The translations under genes and the position numbers were made by a program. From positions 1 through 48,593 of the IMG/VR virus record IMGVR_UViG_3300033513_000012: DNA of 48,593 nucleotides; one strand, written 5' to 3'. The notes under the pieces were generated by a model. That model saw nothing but the letters and a program-made list of their open reading frames with translations. It had not been told where the DNA came from and did not search any database. This stretch comes from a virus (taxonomy: Duplodnaviria > Caudoviricetes). Below are positions 36,865 to 44,858 of this stretch, piece by piece (position 1 is the first letter of the stretch; each line of letters begins with the position of its first letter).

Positions 36865-36923
36865 AGTTTCCTCCTCAGAATTGCGTCATCCATTTCAGAA
36901 AATTGACTCTTCATGCTTCCTCC

Positions 36924-37316
36924 CTATTCCCCCGGAATCATTGCGGCGAGCGCGTTTTCGACGGATTCCAAAATTACCCCGTCGCGCGCTATCGATGGCG
37001 GGCAATCCTTTAGGACCTTTTGGGTCTGAAGGAGCGCGAGCCGATACTTTTCCGTCTGCTCGGCTAGATTCCTTTTAATCCAGAGCGTGATGCTTTCCTG
37101 ATCATCTTCTCCGGATCGCATGAGCAGGTACTCGTCTACCCGACGGAGATCGTCTCGCAACTTGAGGATTGTTACCGACGCCTCATTCAGCCCGTCATGC
37201 ATAATGCGAACCGTATGCTCGAGAAATTCTATGCCTTTGGGGTTTAGCTCTATCGGGCGCCCGCAGTAGCTAAACATTGGGTATTGCCTTTCCGATTTTT
37301 CCGCGATACCATTCAT
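36924..37316 (-). CDS. Hypothetical coiled-coil protein
   Basis: ATGA-coupled to the upstream gene. Confidence 0.5.
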   Translation of the reverse strand: MNGIAEKSERQYPMFSYCGRPIELNPKGIEFLEHTVRIMHDGLNEASVTILKLRDDLRRVDEYLLMRSGEDDQESITLWIKRNLAEQTEKYRLALLQTQKVLKDCPPSIARDGVILESVENALAAMIPGE

Positions 37317-37522
37317 ATTGACTTTCCTTCCTTCCGCCCCGCCTGACCAGCGGGGCATTTTTCTGACAAAATCGAAAACGGCGTATTCAGAAGTTCCTTC
37401 AATAGCGCATCCGCCTTTCGATACCAAATATCCGCCATCTCGGCTTTCCCGCTTTTTCTACACCTCCTTTCCGCATCCAGAAGGCGGCGAGTTTTCGTAA
37501 CCATTTCATCGTATCGCGTCAT
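37313..37522 (-). CDS. Hypothetical protein, first gene of the leftward early operon
   Basis: 69 aa; GAGG RBS just after the promoter. Confidence 0.55.
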   Translation of the reverse strand: MTRYDEMVTKTRRLLDAERRCRKSGKAEMADIWYRKADALLKELLNTPFSILSEKCPAGQAGRKEGKSI

Positions 37523-37542
37523 TTTAGCCTCGCTAAGGTAAA

Positions 37543-37571
37543 ACTATACGCCATGTTTCAACCTTTTGCAA
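37543..37571 (-). promoter_or_regulatory. Leftward sigma70 promoter
   Basis: TTGCAA-17 bp-TATAGT. Confidence 0.75.
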
Positions 37572-37613
37572 GCGTTTTCTACCCTTTTTTTAGTCTTTTT
37601 TATCTCAATTCTC

Positions 37614-37642
37614 TTGACAATCCCAGGCGCTTAGATTATAGT
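37614..37642 (+). promoter_or_regulatory. Rightward sigma70 promoter
   Basis: TTGACA-17 bp-TATAGT with a T-rich upstream tract. Confidence 0.85.
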
Positions 37643-37654
37643 ATAAATAGATGA

Positions 37655-37682
37655 TGAGCGCGGACGACACAGGGCGTCGGCT
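37655..37682 (+). repeat. 28-nt leader repeat, copy 1
   Basis: 25/28 identical to 38124-38151. Confidence 0.85.
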
Positions 37683-37696
37683 AATGGAGATTTGGT

Positions 37697-38071
37697 ATGT
37701 ATGCGAAAATACGGATGTTTGCGACTCACAACGATACTGATAAGTGGGCAGTGTGTGTTGATGGTTTTTATGGATTATATCCCGATAAAGACCAAGCTAG
37801 TCGGGTATACAAGCTAATTGGGGGCTATGATGGCGATGACGGGCTGGCCGAAACAGCATTTGGGTCGGCGGATATTCTCCCGCCACACTACGAGGCGCGG
37901 CGGTGGGATGGAAGTGAGCCTGACGGTGGATTTGATCGTTTGTCATTGCATCGTGCAATTGATATCGAAAATTATATCAAAAAAAACAAGTGCCGTGCCC
38001 TCTCACGCATGTGTGATTCTCAGAGTTCAGCCAAGGATCGGTTATGGTTTAGGAAGCTATTTCGGGCATAA
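37697..38071 (+). CDS. Early hypothetical protein
   Basis: 124 aa; GGAG RBS downstream of a strong promoter. Confidence 0.65.
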   Translation: MYAKIRMFATHNDTDKWAVCVDGFYGLYPDKDQASRVYKLIGGYDGDDGLAETAFGSADILPPHYEARRWDGSEPDGGFDRLSLHRAIDIENYIKKNKCRALSRMCDSQSSAKDRLWFRKLFRA

Positions 38072-38124
38072 CGCCCTGACGAGCCGGTGAAATTCCGGCG
38101 AAGCCGACTACGGGCGGTCGGCGT
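38071..38124 (+). ncRNA. Type I hammerhead ribozyme (A15.1G variant)
   Basis: ACGCC-CTGACGA-GCCGG(TGAAATT)CCGGC-GAAG-CCG..CGG-TC-GGCGT; predicted cut after C38119. Confidence 0.7.
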
Positions 38125-38151
38125 GAGCGCGGACGACATAAGGCGACGGCT
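38124..38151 (+). repeat. 28-nt leader repeat, copy 2
   Basis: 25/28 identical to 37655-37682. Confidence 0.85.
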
Positions 38152-38165
38152 TGGAGGAGACCGAG

Positions 38166-38399
38166 ATGAAACGAAGAGCGGAAAAAACCAAAATTGCGCG
38201 GATTTTTGAATACGTCGGCGGCTACTTTTGGTGCGATGCGGCCAGCGAAATCTGGGACGCTCGCGGACATGCCTACCAGACCAAAGCCGCGGCGATGGAA
38301 GCGGCGGCCCGCGGTGGATACCGCTATGCGATCGGTTCCGGGACTTATTGGGATGGCGTACGGGCTATCCCCGAGTATATAAGGGCTCGCGCCCGCTAA
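38166..38399 (+). CDS. Early hypothetical protein (77 aa) flanked by hammerheads
   Basis: GGAGGAG RBS and ATG at 38166. Confidence 0.7.
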   Translation: MKRRAEKTKIARIFEYVGGYFWCDAASEIWDARGHAYQTKAAAMEAAARGGYRYAIGSGTYWDGVRAIPEYIRARAR

Positions 38400-38421
38400 T
38401 CCTTTCGCTTGGCTTCGGCCA

Positions 38422-38472
38422 GGTCGGGGCGTTAGGCTCGCCCCCTGATGATGGCCGAGCACGGCCGAAACC
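38422..38472 (+). ncRNA. Type III hammerhead ribozyme
   Basis: GGTC-GGGGCG(TTAGGCT)CGCCCC-CTGATGA-T-GGCCG(AGCA)CGGCC-GAAACC; predicted cut after C38425. Confidence 0.8.
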
Positions 38473-38489
38473 AAATTGAGAGGTATAAC

Positions 38490-38849
38490 ATGAACAAGAC
38501 GAGCGCAATCTCCGAGACCATAAGCAGCGCGGCGAGAGAACTCGGTCGATTAGGACGAGCGGCCATGACCAAAGCCCAGGCCGCGGCGTCGCGCGCCAAC
38601 GGCAAAAAAGGTGGGCGCCCGAAAAAAGCTCGTTCCCCAGCTCGCTACGCGATTAGCAACGCATCCGGCGTTTCCTGCGTGGCTTCTTCGCGTACGATGC
38701 TCGGCGCCAAGCGCGAAGCGAGCGCCCAAGCGACATTCGGCGGCGGAGACGTCGAGATCGTTGATCTCGAAACCGGGGAACGATGGCGCCGTGTTTTTTG
38801 GCAAAAGCTGCATTGTTTCGGCTGGGAGCCTTGGGAAGAAGTGGGCTAA
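38490..38849 (+). CDS. Early protein with an AAASRANGKKGGRP DNA-binding-like motif
   Basis: GAGAGG RBS; recurrent phage motif; stop overlaps the convergent stop. Confidence 0.65.
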   Translation: MNKTSAISETISSAARELGRLGRAAMTKAQAAASRANGKKGGRPKKARSPARYAISNASGVSCVASSRTMLGAKREASAQATFGGGDVEIVDLETGERWRRVFWQKLHCFGWEPWEEVG

Positions 38850-39223
38850 GGGAACGACAAGTCGATCACGAACCCCACGCCGGCTCCGGCGGCCGCCCCC
38901 CACGGGACGCCGCCCCAGCCGGCGAACGCGTATCCGGCGAACCCTCCTCCCGCGGCGCTAGCGAGGCCTACGGTCACCTTTAGGAGCAGGATTTCCGCCT
39001 CCGCGCGTGATTTTAGCGCGCCTAAGGATTTGGACAATTCGGCCAACTCCTTTCCGCGCGTTATCAGCTCCGTCCTGAGCTCGTTCCAGTCCGGCCCCGA
39101 CAGAGTCGCCGTGTCCAGCGGCCCCAGGACCGGAAGGCTTTCCGGGTCGTCCCAGCCGTCCGAAAAGGAAAACCGCGACAAGAAAAGCAACAGCGATAAG
39201 GCCAGAAATGATCTCTTGCACAT
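38846..39223 (-). CDS. Spanin-like exported protein (signal peptide, coiled coil, C-terminal Gly-zipper membrane segment)
   Basis: TGATG-coupled after the holin; AAGGAG RBS. Confidence 0.55.
   Translation of the reverse strand: MCKRSFLALSLLLFLSRFSFSDGWDDPESLPVLGPLDTATLSGPDWNELRTELITRGKELAELSKSLGALKSRAEAEILLLKVTVGLASAAGGGFAGYAFAGWGGVPWGAAAGAGVGFVIDLSFP
38958..39221 (-). CDS. Embedded i-spanin-like protein (N-terminal TM plus helical region)
   Basis: GTG 2 nt from the ATG of the enclosing gene; IISGLIAVAFLVAVFLF TM. Confidence 0.5.
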   Translation of the reverse strand: MQEIISGLIAVAFLVAVFLFGRLGRPGKPSGPGAAGHGDSVGAGLERAQDGADNARKGVGRIVQILRRAKITRGGGNPAPKGDRRPR

Positions 39224-39594
39224 CAGGGCTCCTTTTTGTTGGTGCCTTCCACCGACCTGTACGGCGGCTGGTCGGTTCCGGCCACCAGGTTTCCGAGCCC
39301 CTCGATAAGGTGCAGGAACGTCTTGATCACCACGTCATACCCGAGCTGCACGGTGGCCAGCGTCAAGAAGGTGACGATGGGCCATAGGAGCAACCCCGCC
39401 TTCAGCGTGGAGTCTTCCAAGACCGGCCAGACGACCGCGGCGGCCAGGCCAACGGCCACGGACAGCAGGCCCGTGATGAGCGGCCAAGCCCAGTCTTTCT
39501 TGGCCTTGACGGCCGCGACGAGCGCCCGCGCCCACTGCACGTCGCCGATCACGCCGAACGACGCGATCAGGATGAGAAACAGGATCGTGTTCAT
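39223..39594 (-). CDS. Holin-like membrane protein
   Basis: About three TM segments, charged tail; AAGGAGG RBS. Confidence 0.65.
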   Translation of the reverse strand: MNTILFLILIASFGVIGDVQWARALVAAVKAKKDWAWPLITGLLSVAVGLAAAVVWPVLEDSTLKAGLLLWPIVTFLTLATVQLGYDVVIKTFLHLIEGLGNLVAGTDQPPYRSVEGTNKKEP

Positions 39595-39604
39595 GATAGC
39601 CTCC

Positions 39605-41401
39605 TTAAACAAGGTCAAAATAGTTCGCACTCGGCTCGTCCGGCACGGACTTGTCCTCGATCAGCGCGTATCCGGTGTCGCTGAACGTGAACCGGTACTT
39701 CGTGTCCGGGACCACGTTCTCGGTCTCCACGAGGTCCATCTCCCAGTACCCGGCAGCGTTGGTGGTGGCGACCACCGCCAGGTTTCCCACGGCCGTTTTC
39801 GTTTTGTACTTGACGATGTTTAGTAACTGCGCCCTGACGGTTATCCCGGGAAGCGGCAGCCCGGACTCGTTGTACACGTAACCCCACACCGTGCAAACGT
39901 GCACGTCGTCGACCGGGCGGGCGAAAAACGAATACTCCTCGGTCACGCTGGTCAGCGTAGGGGTCGTCGTCCCTGCCGACGAGTGCAGGTACGCGACGGG
40001 CCTGACGTAGGCCCCGGCGCTCAATAGTGACGCGCAGTTCGCCGCCACCTCCGCCGCCGTGTTGCTCTGCGCGTAGCCTGAGCTGGCGGCCCAGGCCGTC
40101 CCGGTTCAGTACTTCTCGGTCCCATCCACCTCGAGGGTAAACTTGACGGCATCGCTCCCGCCCGCAGCGAGCGAAGCGGCGAACGTGGCGAGCGAGTCCA
40201 TCCCGATCGTCCCGTTGGGTTTGATGGTGGGGTTCGTCGTGGAATAGACCTGCCCCGTGTATGTCACGGTCAGGTCATCGACGCTCATTTGGGACGCGCC
40301 CGCGTTGAAGACGATCGACACGACGAAGCTTGCCGCGGTCGGGCAGGTGGCTATGTTCGCGAGCACTGTGGCGATCGGGTTGGACTGCGCCCACGATCCG
40401 TCGCTCGCGGCCCACGCCGTGCCGGTCCAGTAGTGGCCGTTCATAACGAGCCGCGGAGAGTTGACCTCGGAATCGATCACGTTCGTGAGCGCCTGGATCG
40501 ACCCGGCCCCGGAGTACGTGAACGCGGGACAGTCCACCTTGGACGTCTCGTATATGGTTTCGGACAGGACATACCCAGGGGTGTAATTCGCCGTGTGCTG
40601 AACTGAAGAAAACACTTCCACGTCGTCGAATTCCCCGTCGGAATTGGACAGGTCGTGCGCGGCGCCAATTCGAAGGTAGGATGGAGTGGTCCTGGTCCCG
40701 ACGCCCGTTATGGTCGATCCGACTTGCGTGCCGTTGACGAATAGTCGGGTGGCGCCCGCGGTGAAGTCAAAGTCAAATTCGAACTCGTACTCCGTCCCGG
40801 CCGTTGGGCTCCACGCGGCCAAGGTCCCCTGGAATATGTAGCTTCCGGCGCTGTCGCACAGGCGCGCGGACAGGTTGCCGGTGATCGAATTGTGTATGAT
40901 CTGAAGGCTATTGTTATCGCTCGCCGGGTTGCTGTACAGATCAAAAATGTACCTGTTGGTCGCAGGTATTCCGGAATAATTGGGCGTGTATTTCAGCCTT
41001 ATGCACCCGACCTGCGTGTTAGGAGCGTTCCCCGCGGCGGCGTAGGTGACGTACTTCTGCGTCCCGCCCTTGAGGTTGAGCTTCCCGCCGGCGGCGGCCG
41101 CGCCGCCGGACGCGGTTCCGGTCAGGACGCCTCCGCCCCAGTTCCCGTCGACGCCGGCCGTGAACGTGGCCCCGAAGGTCGCCCCGGCCGCGCGCCTGTC
41201 CTTGGACCGTACGGCCCCTCCGACGAACTCGGCCCTCGAGCCGTCATACGTGAATCCGGCGTCGGACGTGAAGGGCTGGTTCCACGAGAGCCCGGGGGCG
41301 GCTTGAAGCTTGAGCCTGGCGAGCAGCCCCGTGAATTCGACCTTGCCGGAGTCGAACGCGAAGTCCGCAGGGTTGATGAAGTCATATTTGGTCGTTATCA
41401 T
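39605..41401 (-). CDS. LamG/concanavalin-domain fibre or spike protein interrupted by one in-frame TGA (40106-40108)
   Basis: ORFs 40106..41401 and 39605..40048 are in the same frame; the stop lies in a repeat reading YWTGTAWAAS elsewhere in the gene. Confidence 0.7.
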
Positions 41402-41408
41402 GATGTCC

Positions 41409-41804
41409 TCACTTCTTTATCAGCGCCACGACTATGGACCCGACTATGTAGATGGCGGACGAGGCGACCGTCGACGCGGCTATGATCTGGGAGGACGTCA
41501 GTTCCTTCCTCACCTTGGACTTCTCCTTCACCTCTTCCTTGACTTCCTTCGTAGCTGCCTTGCCTTCGTTCAGCTTCTCGAAGATGGCGTCCAGCTTGTG
41601 GATCAGGTTGAGCTGCAGCGCCTGAAGGTCCAAGCGCAGGAGCTGCAGCTCCTTCTCAAACTCCTTGTGCTTCCTTTCATCCTTCTCGTCGTGCTCGGCG
41701 AAAAGCTCCTGGATCCTGAGCCTAATGGCGCCGCTCTCCGCCTTGAGCTTCTCATGTTCGGCGTCGAGCCTGTCGACGATCCGTTCAAGCTCGGCGTTAG
41801 TCAT
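41409..41804 (-). CDS. Coiled-coil protein with C-terminal TM (XhlA / holin-like)
   Basis: Heptad pattern and hydrophobic C-terminus ending KK. Confidence 0.55.
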   Translation of the reverse strand: MTNAELERIVDRLDAEHEKLKAESGAIRLRIQELFAEHDEKDERKHKEFEKELQLLRLDLQALQLNLIHKLDAIFEKLNEGKAATKEVKEEVKEKSKVRKELTSSQIIAASTVASSAIYIVGSIVVALIKK

Positions 41805-42366
41805 GAAGCTGCCTCAGCGCGTCTTCGATCAGTTCCCTATAGGCGCCGTTCATGACCTCGTATTCCCTGTTGATCTTCTCCAGCTCCTCGATGACGCGCC
41901 GCTCGCGCGCCCGGTACCGTTCGACGATGGCCTTGTAAGTGGTCCAGAGGCCCCACGAGAACAAGACATTGAACATGAGCCACCCGAAGGTGACCACCGA
42001 CGGCCCCAGCCCGACGGCCATGATCGCGGCGGCCACCGCGACCGTGGCCGCGAGCTTCAACCCCCCGCGCTTCTGGTAAAAACCGTGGGCCACGCAGAGC
42101 AGGAAGCTTATCACCATCGCGCCCATCCCGAAGTATCCGTCGCCGTCGCTCCACAGGAAGCACAGGAACGAGAGCGCGGCCAGGCCGGCGACCTGTGCGA
42201 CCTTTCCGAACACAGATTCCTTAAGCGCGGTGTACCCGTAAAGGACCGTTACGCCGACCATTATCGCATAATAGTGCGACGGCACGACGGCCTGTATGGC
42301 ATACATGCCCAGGCACGCCATGGAAAAGATAAGGTACGCAAGTCCGACGCGCCGCTGCAAGCTCAT
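41797..42366 (-). CDS. Polytopic membrane protein with C-terminal coiled coil
   Basis: Five to six hydrophobic segments. Confidence 0.6.
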   Translation of the reverse strand: MSLQRRVGLAYLIFSMACLGMYAIQAVVPSHYYAIMVGVTVLYGYTALKESVFGKVAQVAGLAALSFLCFLWSDGDGYFGMGAMVISFLLCVAHGFYQKRGGLKLAATVAVAAAIMAVGLGPSVVTFGWLMFNVLFSWGLWTTYKAIVERYRARERRVIEELEKINREYEVMNGAYRELIEDALRQLHD

Positions 42367-42369
42367 TCC

Positions 42370-42756
42370 CTAAAACCAGAATCCTTGATTCGCTTCCTTC
42401 ACGGAGAAGACCGCGGCGACGTCGGGATACTTGCGCTCGCGCCTGAGCAGCCATTCCCGAACGCGGGCGCGCTCCGCTTCCTGCTCGATCATGCCCTTAT
42501 TGACGTCGTGCGCGAGCGCGCAAAGCAGGACCAGCTTTCGGCAGTACTTCTTTTTGGCGCGCATCCAGAACGGGACGGGCCACGGGAACAGGGTCTCGAG
42601 CCGGTCCCACTGGGACTGCCCGGGCCGGCGCGCGAACGCCGAGTCCTTGTTCTTGATCTCGTCCTCGAACTGCAGCTCGTTCGCGCGGGCGTAGTTCTTC
42701 CAGTTTCCGTTTCCGCAGAGCTGTGGGAACGCCTTCAATGCTTCGATGAGTTTCAT
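42370..42756 (-). CDS. Hypothetical protein (possible fibre chaperone)
   Basis: AGGAGG RBS; directly after the fibre gene. Confidence 0.5.
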   Translation of the reverse strand: MKLIEALKAFPQLCGNGNWKNYARANELQFEDEIKNKDSAFARRPGQSQWDRLETLFPWPVPFWMRAKKKYCRKLVLLCALAHDVNKGMIEQEAERARVREWLLRRERKYPDVAAVFSVKEANQGFWF

Positions 42757-42764
42757 AAAACCTC

Positions 42765-44849
42765 CTATTTGAGCATGTACAGAAGATCAGCATCCAAGGA
42801 GGGCTGCAACGTTTCAGCTATCCATGCCTTGGTGATGCTTTCCACGAACCGATATATGAACAGGTAAGGGCTGGTGACCTCTTGTGCGGCCGCCATGTAA
42901 TTTCCGTCTAGCGTGAAGACTATTCCGTTTGGAGTGTTGGTGCATGGCAACGCGGGATCGCTGACTTTGATCATGGTTTCCTTGACCATCTTGTAAATGT
43001 AAATAAACGGAGAAGATCCGGAACCCACCACTAAATATTGGGAATCTGGCGAAAACATGCATCCCTTTGCGTTGGTGGCGGGGACAGTCGCAGGATTCGT
43101 AAGCTTCGTGAAGGTGTCTGCGAATGCGTTGATCTTATAGACCGTCACGAATGGCGTGGTGGTGTGCGCCACGGCAAGGTATAGGCCATTCGGAGAGAAC
43201 GAACAGCGGTACCCTTGGGCCGCCGGCAAGGACCCTGGATTAGTTATTTTCGTCAGCGCAGGAGTTCCATCTATCTTGTATATTGTGACGAAAGGCGTGA
43301 CTGCGTGCGCCACTGCTAAGTACAATCCATCAGGAGAAAAGGAGCATCCCCACGCGGCTCCGGTCGGCAACGTTCCAGGATTGGTAAGCTTGGTAAACGT
43401 GTCCGTTGACGTGTTTATGGTGTACACGGTTATGTACGGGCTTCCGCTTGAAGTCACCGCAAGCATGGTGCTGTCCGCAGAGAAGCAGCATCCTTGCGCG
43501 CTCACTCCGGGAAGGCTGCCTGGATCTGCGATCTTGGTGAACGTGTCGGTAACGTTGTCGATCCTATATATCGTGATATAGGGTGAAGCAGTGTGAGCCA
43601 CCGCTAAATAATTCCCGTCGGAAGAGAATGACACGCCTATCGCGTTTCCGGGCGGAAGAGTTCCAGGGTCGGCAAGCTTGGTGTACGTTTCCCCGCTTAT
43701 CTTGTAAATGTGAATGTAGGGAGATGCAGCAATTGCCACGGCAAGATACTTTTTGTTTGGGGAATATGCCACGTCATAGGACGTTCCAGTCGGAAGAGTC
43801 GCGGGATCGGCGAGCTTAACAGGAGGCTCGATCCTGCTGTATCCGCTACCCTTGTAGCTTAGGATAGTCCGGTCTCCCGGCTTCATCTTCATAAAGCCAG
43901 TCATCGCAGACGACGAATAAACGCCTTTCGTGGTCCATAGGCGGTTCCGATAGTTGATGCCGGATTGAGCGTCCGCTTGAGTTATGAAGCACCAAGATTC
44001 CGCATACAGTTCGATTCTTTGCCCTTCCGTCAAGGATGCAGGGAGTGTCACGGTGCAAGGATTCGTGATCTTATACCGCCCGGCGACGGTGAGCGTCGTG
44101 TCGGCCGATATAACAGTTTCAGCGGATGAATCGGCATAACCTTTGGTTGCGGCGTCCGCCGCGGCGGAAGGATCTGCCACCTGAAGCCTGCTTGCTGAAT
44201 CGCGCCTGGCGATCGCGTAGGGGGTCGCCACTGATCCCACCATCTCGGGTGACTGCGCCGTGACGGTCACGACGCCTCCGGCCGTCACGGTGAGCGTCGC
44301 GAGCAGGACCTTGGTCGCGTCGCCGGTCGGGTCCGTGGGACCGCACGACAGCGTGTACGACGGCTGGCGCTCGTAGTTGTACGTCCCGGCCTTTTTCTTC
44401 CGGGTCCGAGTGCCGTTGGCCTGCGTGGTCTCGGCGTAGGACAGGCACAGATAGTTGGGGGTCGCCCCATCGGCCGTCGGGCTCATCGCGCCGCCCGTGT
44501 GTATGTCAAGGTTCGTCTGCGCCGGTAGGTAAACGGGCATCGTCTTGACGTCCGCGCGCGTGGTCGGGGGCACGGCCCACACCACGGAACCGTCGGTGAC
44601 CACCACCGCCACGTCCGCGAGCGCCTGCGCCGCCGTTACGTTGACGAGCCACGCCGTCCCGGCGTATGAGGTCACGCCGCCTGAGATCAGAACCGGGAAC
44701 GACTGGAACTGGCGCTTCCACTGCGCCGCGAGCTCGCAGAGGAAATGGAAGTCCCGGGAGAGGTCCTGGCCGTAGTAATAGTCGCCGACGGCGTACGGCA
44801 GGCCGGCGGGCGCCGCCGCGTCGAAGTCGTGGTTGTGGTGAAAAAGCAT
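42765..44849 (-). CDS. Tail fibre / receptor-binding protein with a C-terminal 7-bladed beta-propeller
   Basis: After gpI-like gene; DAATKGYAD fibre motif; seven TKLxxPxxLP...FSPDGxYLAV..PY/F repeats. Confidence 0.8.
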   Translation of the reverse strand: MLFHHNHDFDAAAPAGLPYAVGDYYYGQDLSRDFHFLCELAAQWKRQFQSFPVLISGGVTSYAGTAWLVNVTAAQALADVAVVVTDGSVVWAVPPTTRADVKTMPVYLPAQTNLDIHTGGAMSPTADGATPNYLCLSYAETTQANGTRTRKKKAGTYNYERQPSYTLSCGPTDPTGDATKVLLATLTVTAGGVVTVTAQSPEMVGSVATPYAIARRDSASRLQVADPSAAADAATKGYADSSAETVISADTTLTVAGRYKITNPCTVTLPASLTEGQRIELYAESWCFITQADAQSGINYRNRLWTTKGVYSSSAMTGFMKMKPGDRTILSYKGSGYSRIEPPVKLADPATLPTGTSYDVAYSPNKKYLAVAIAASPYIHIYKISGETYTKLADPGTLPPGNAIGVSFSSDGNYLAVAHTASPYITIYRIDNVTDTFTKIADPGSLPGVSAQGCCFSADSTMLAVTSSGSPYITVYTINTSTDTFTKLTNPGTLPTGAAWGCSFSPDGLYLAVAHAVTPFVTIYKIDGTPALTKITNPGSLPAAQGYRCSFSPNGLYLAVAHTTTPFVTVYKINAFADTFTKLTNPATVPATNAKGCMFSPDSQYLVVGSGSSPFIYIYKMVKETMIKVSDPALPCTNTPNGIVFTLDGNYMAAAQEVTSPYLFIYRFVESITKAWIAETLQPSLDADLLYMLK

Positions 44850-44858
44850 GGTCCCTCC

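Noticed and set aside
37651-37690. Third hammerhead at TGATGAG
   Set aside because: Lacks C3, the GAAA core and the flanking stems
40106-40108. Genome-wide TGA=Trp recoding (genetic code 4)
   Set aside because: Many genes end in TGA overlapping the next start, and Trp is otherwise TGG
42765-44849. Diversity-generating retroelement target
   Set aside because: No reverse transcriptase and no template/variable repeat pair with adenine-specific differences seen
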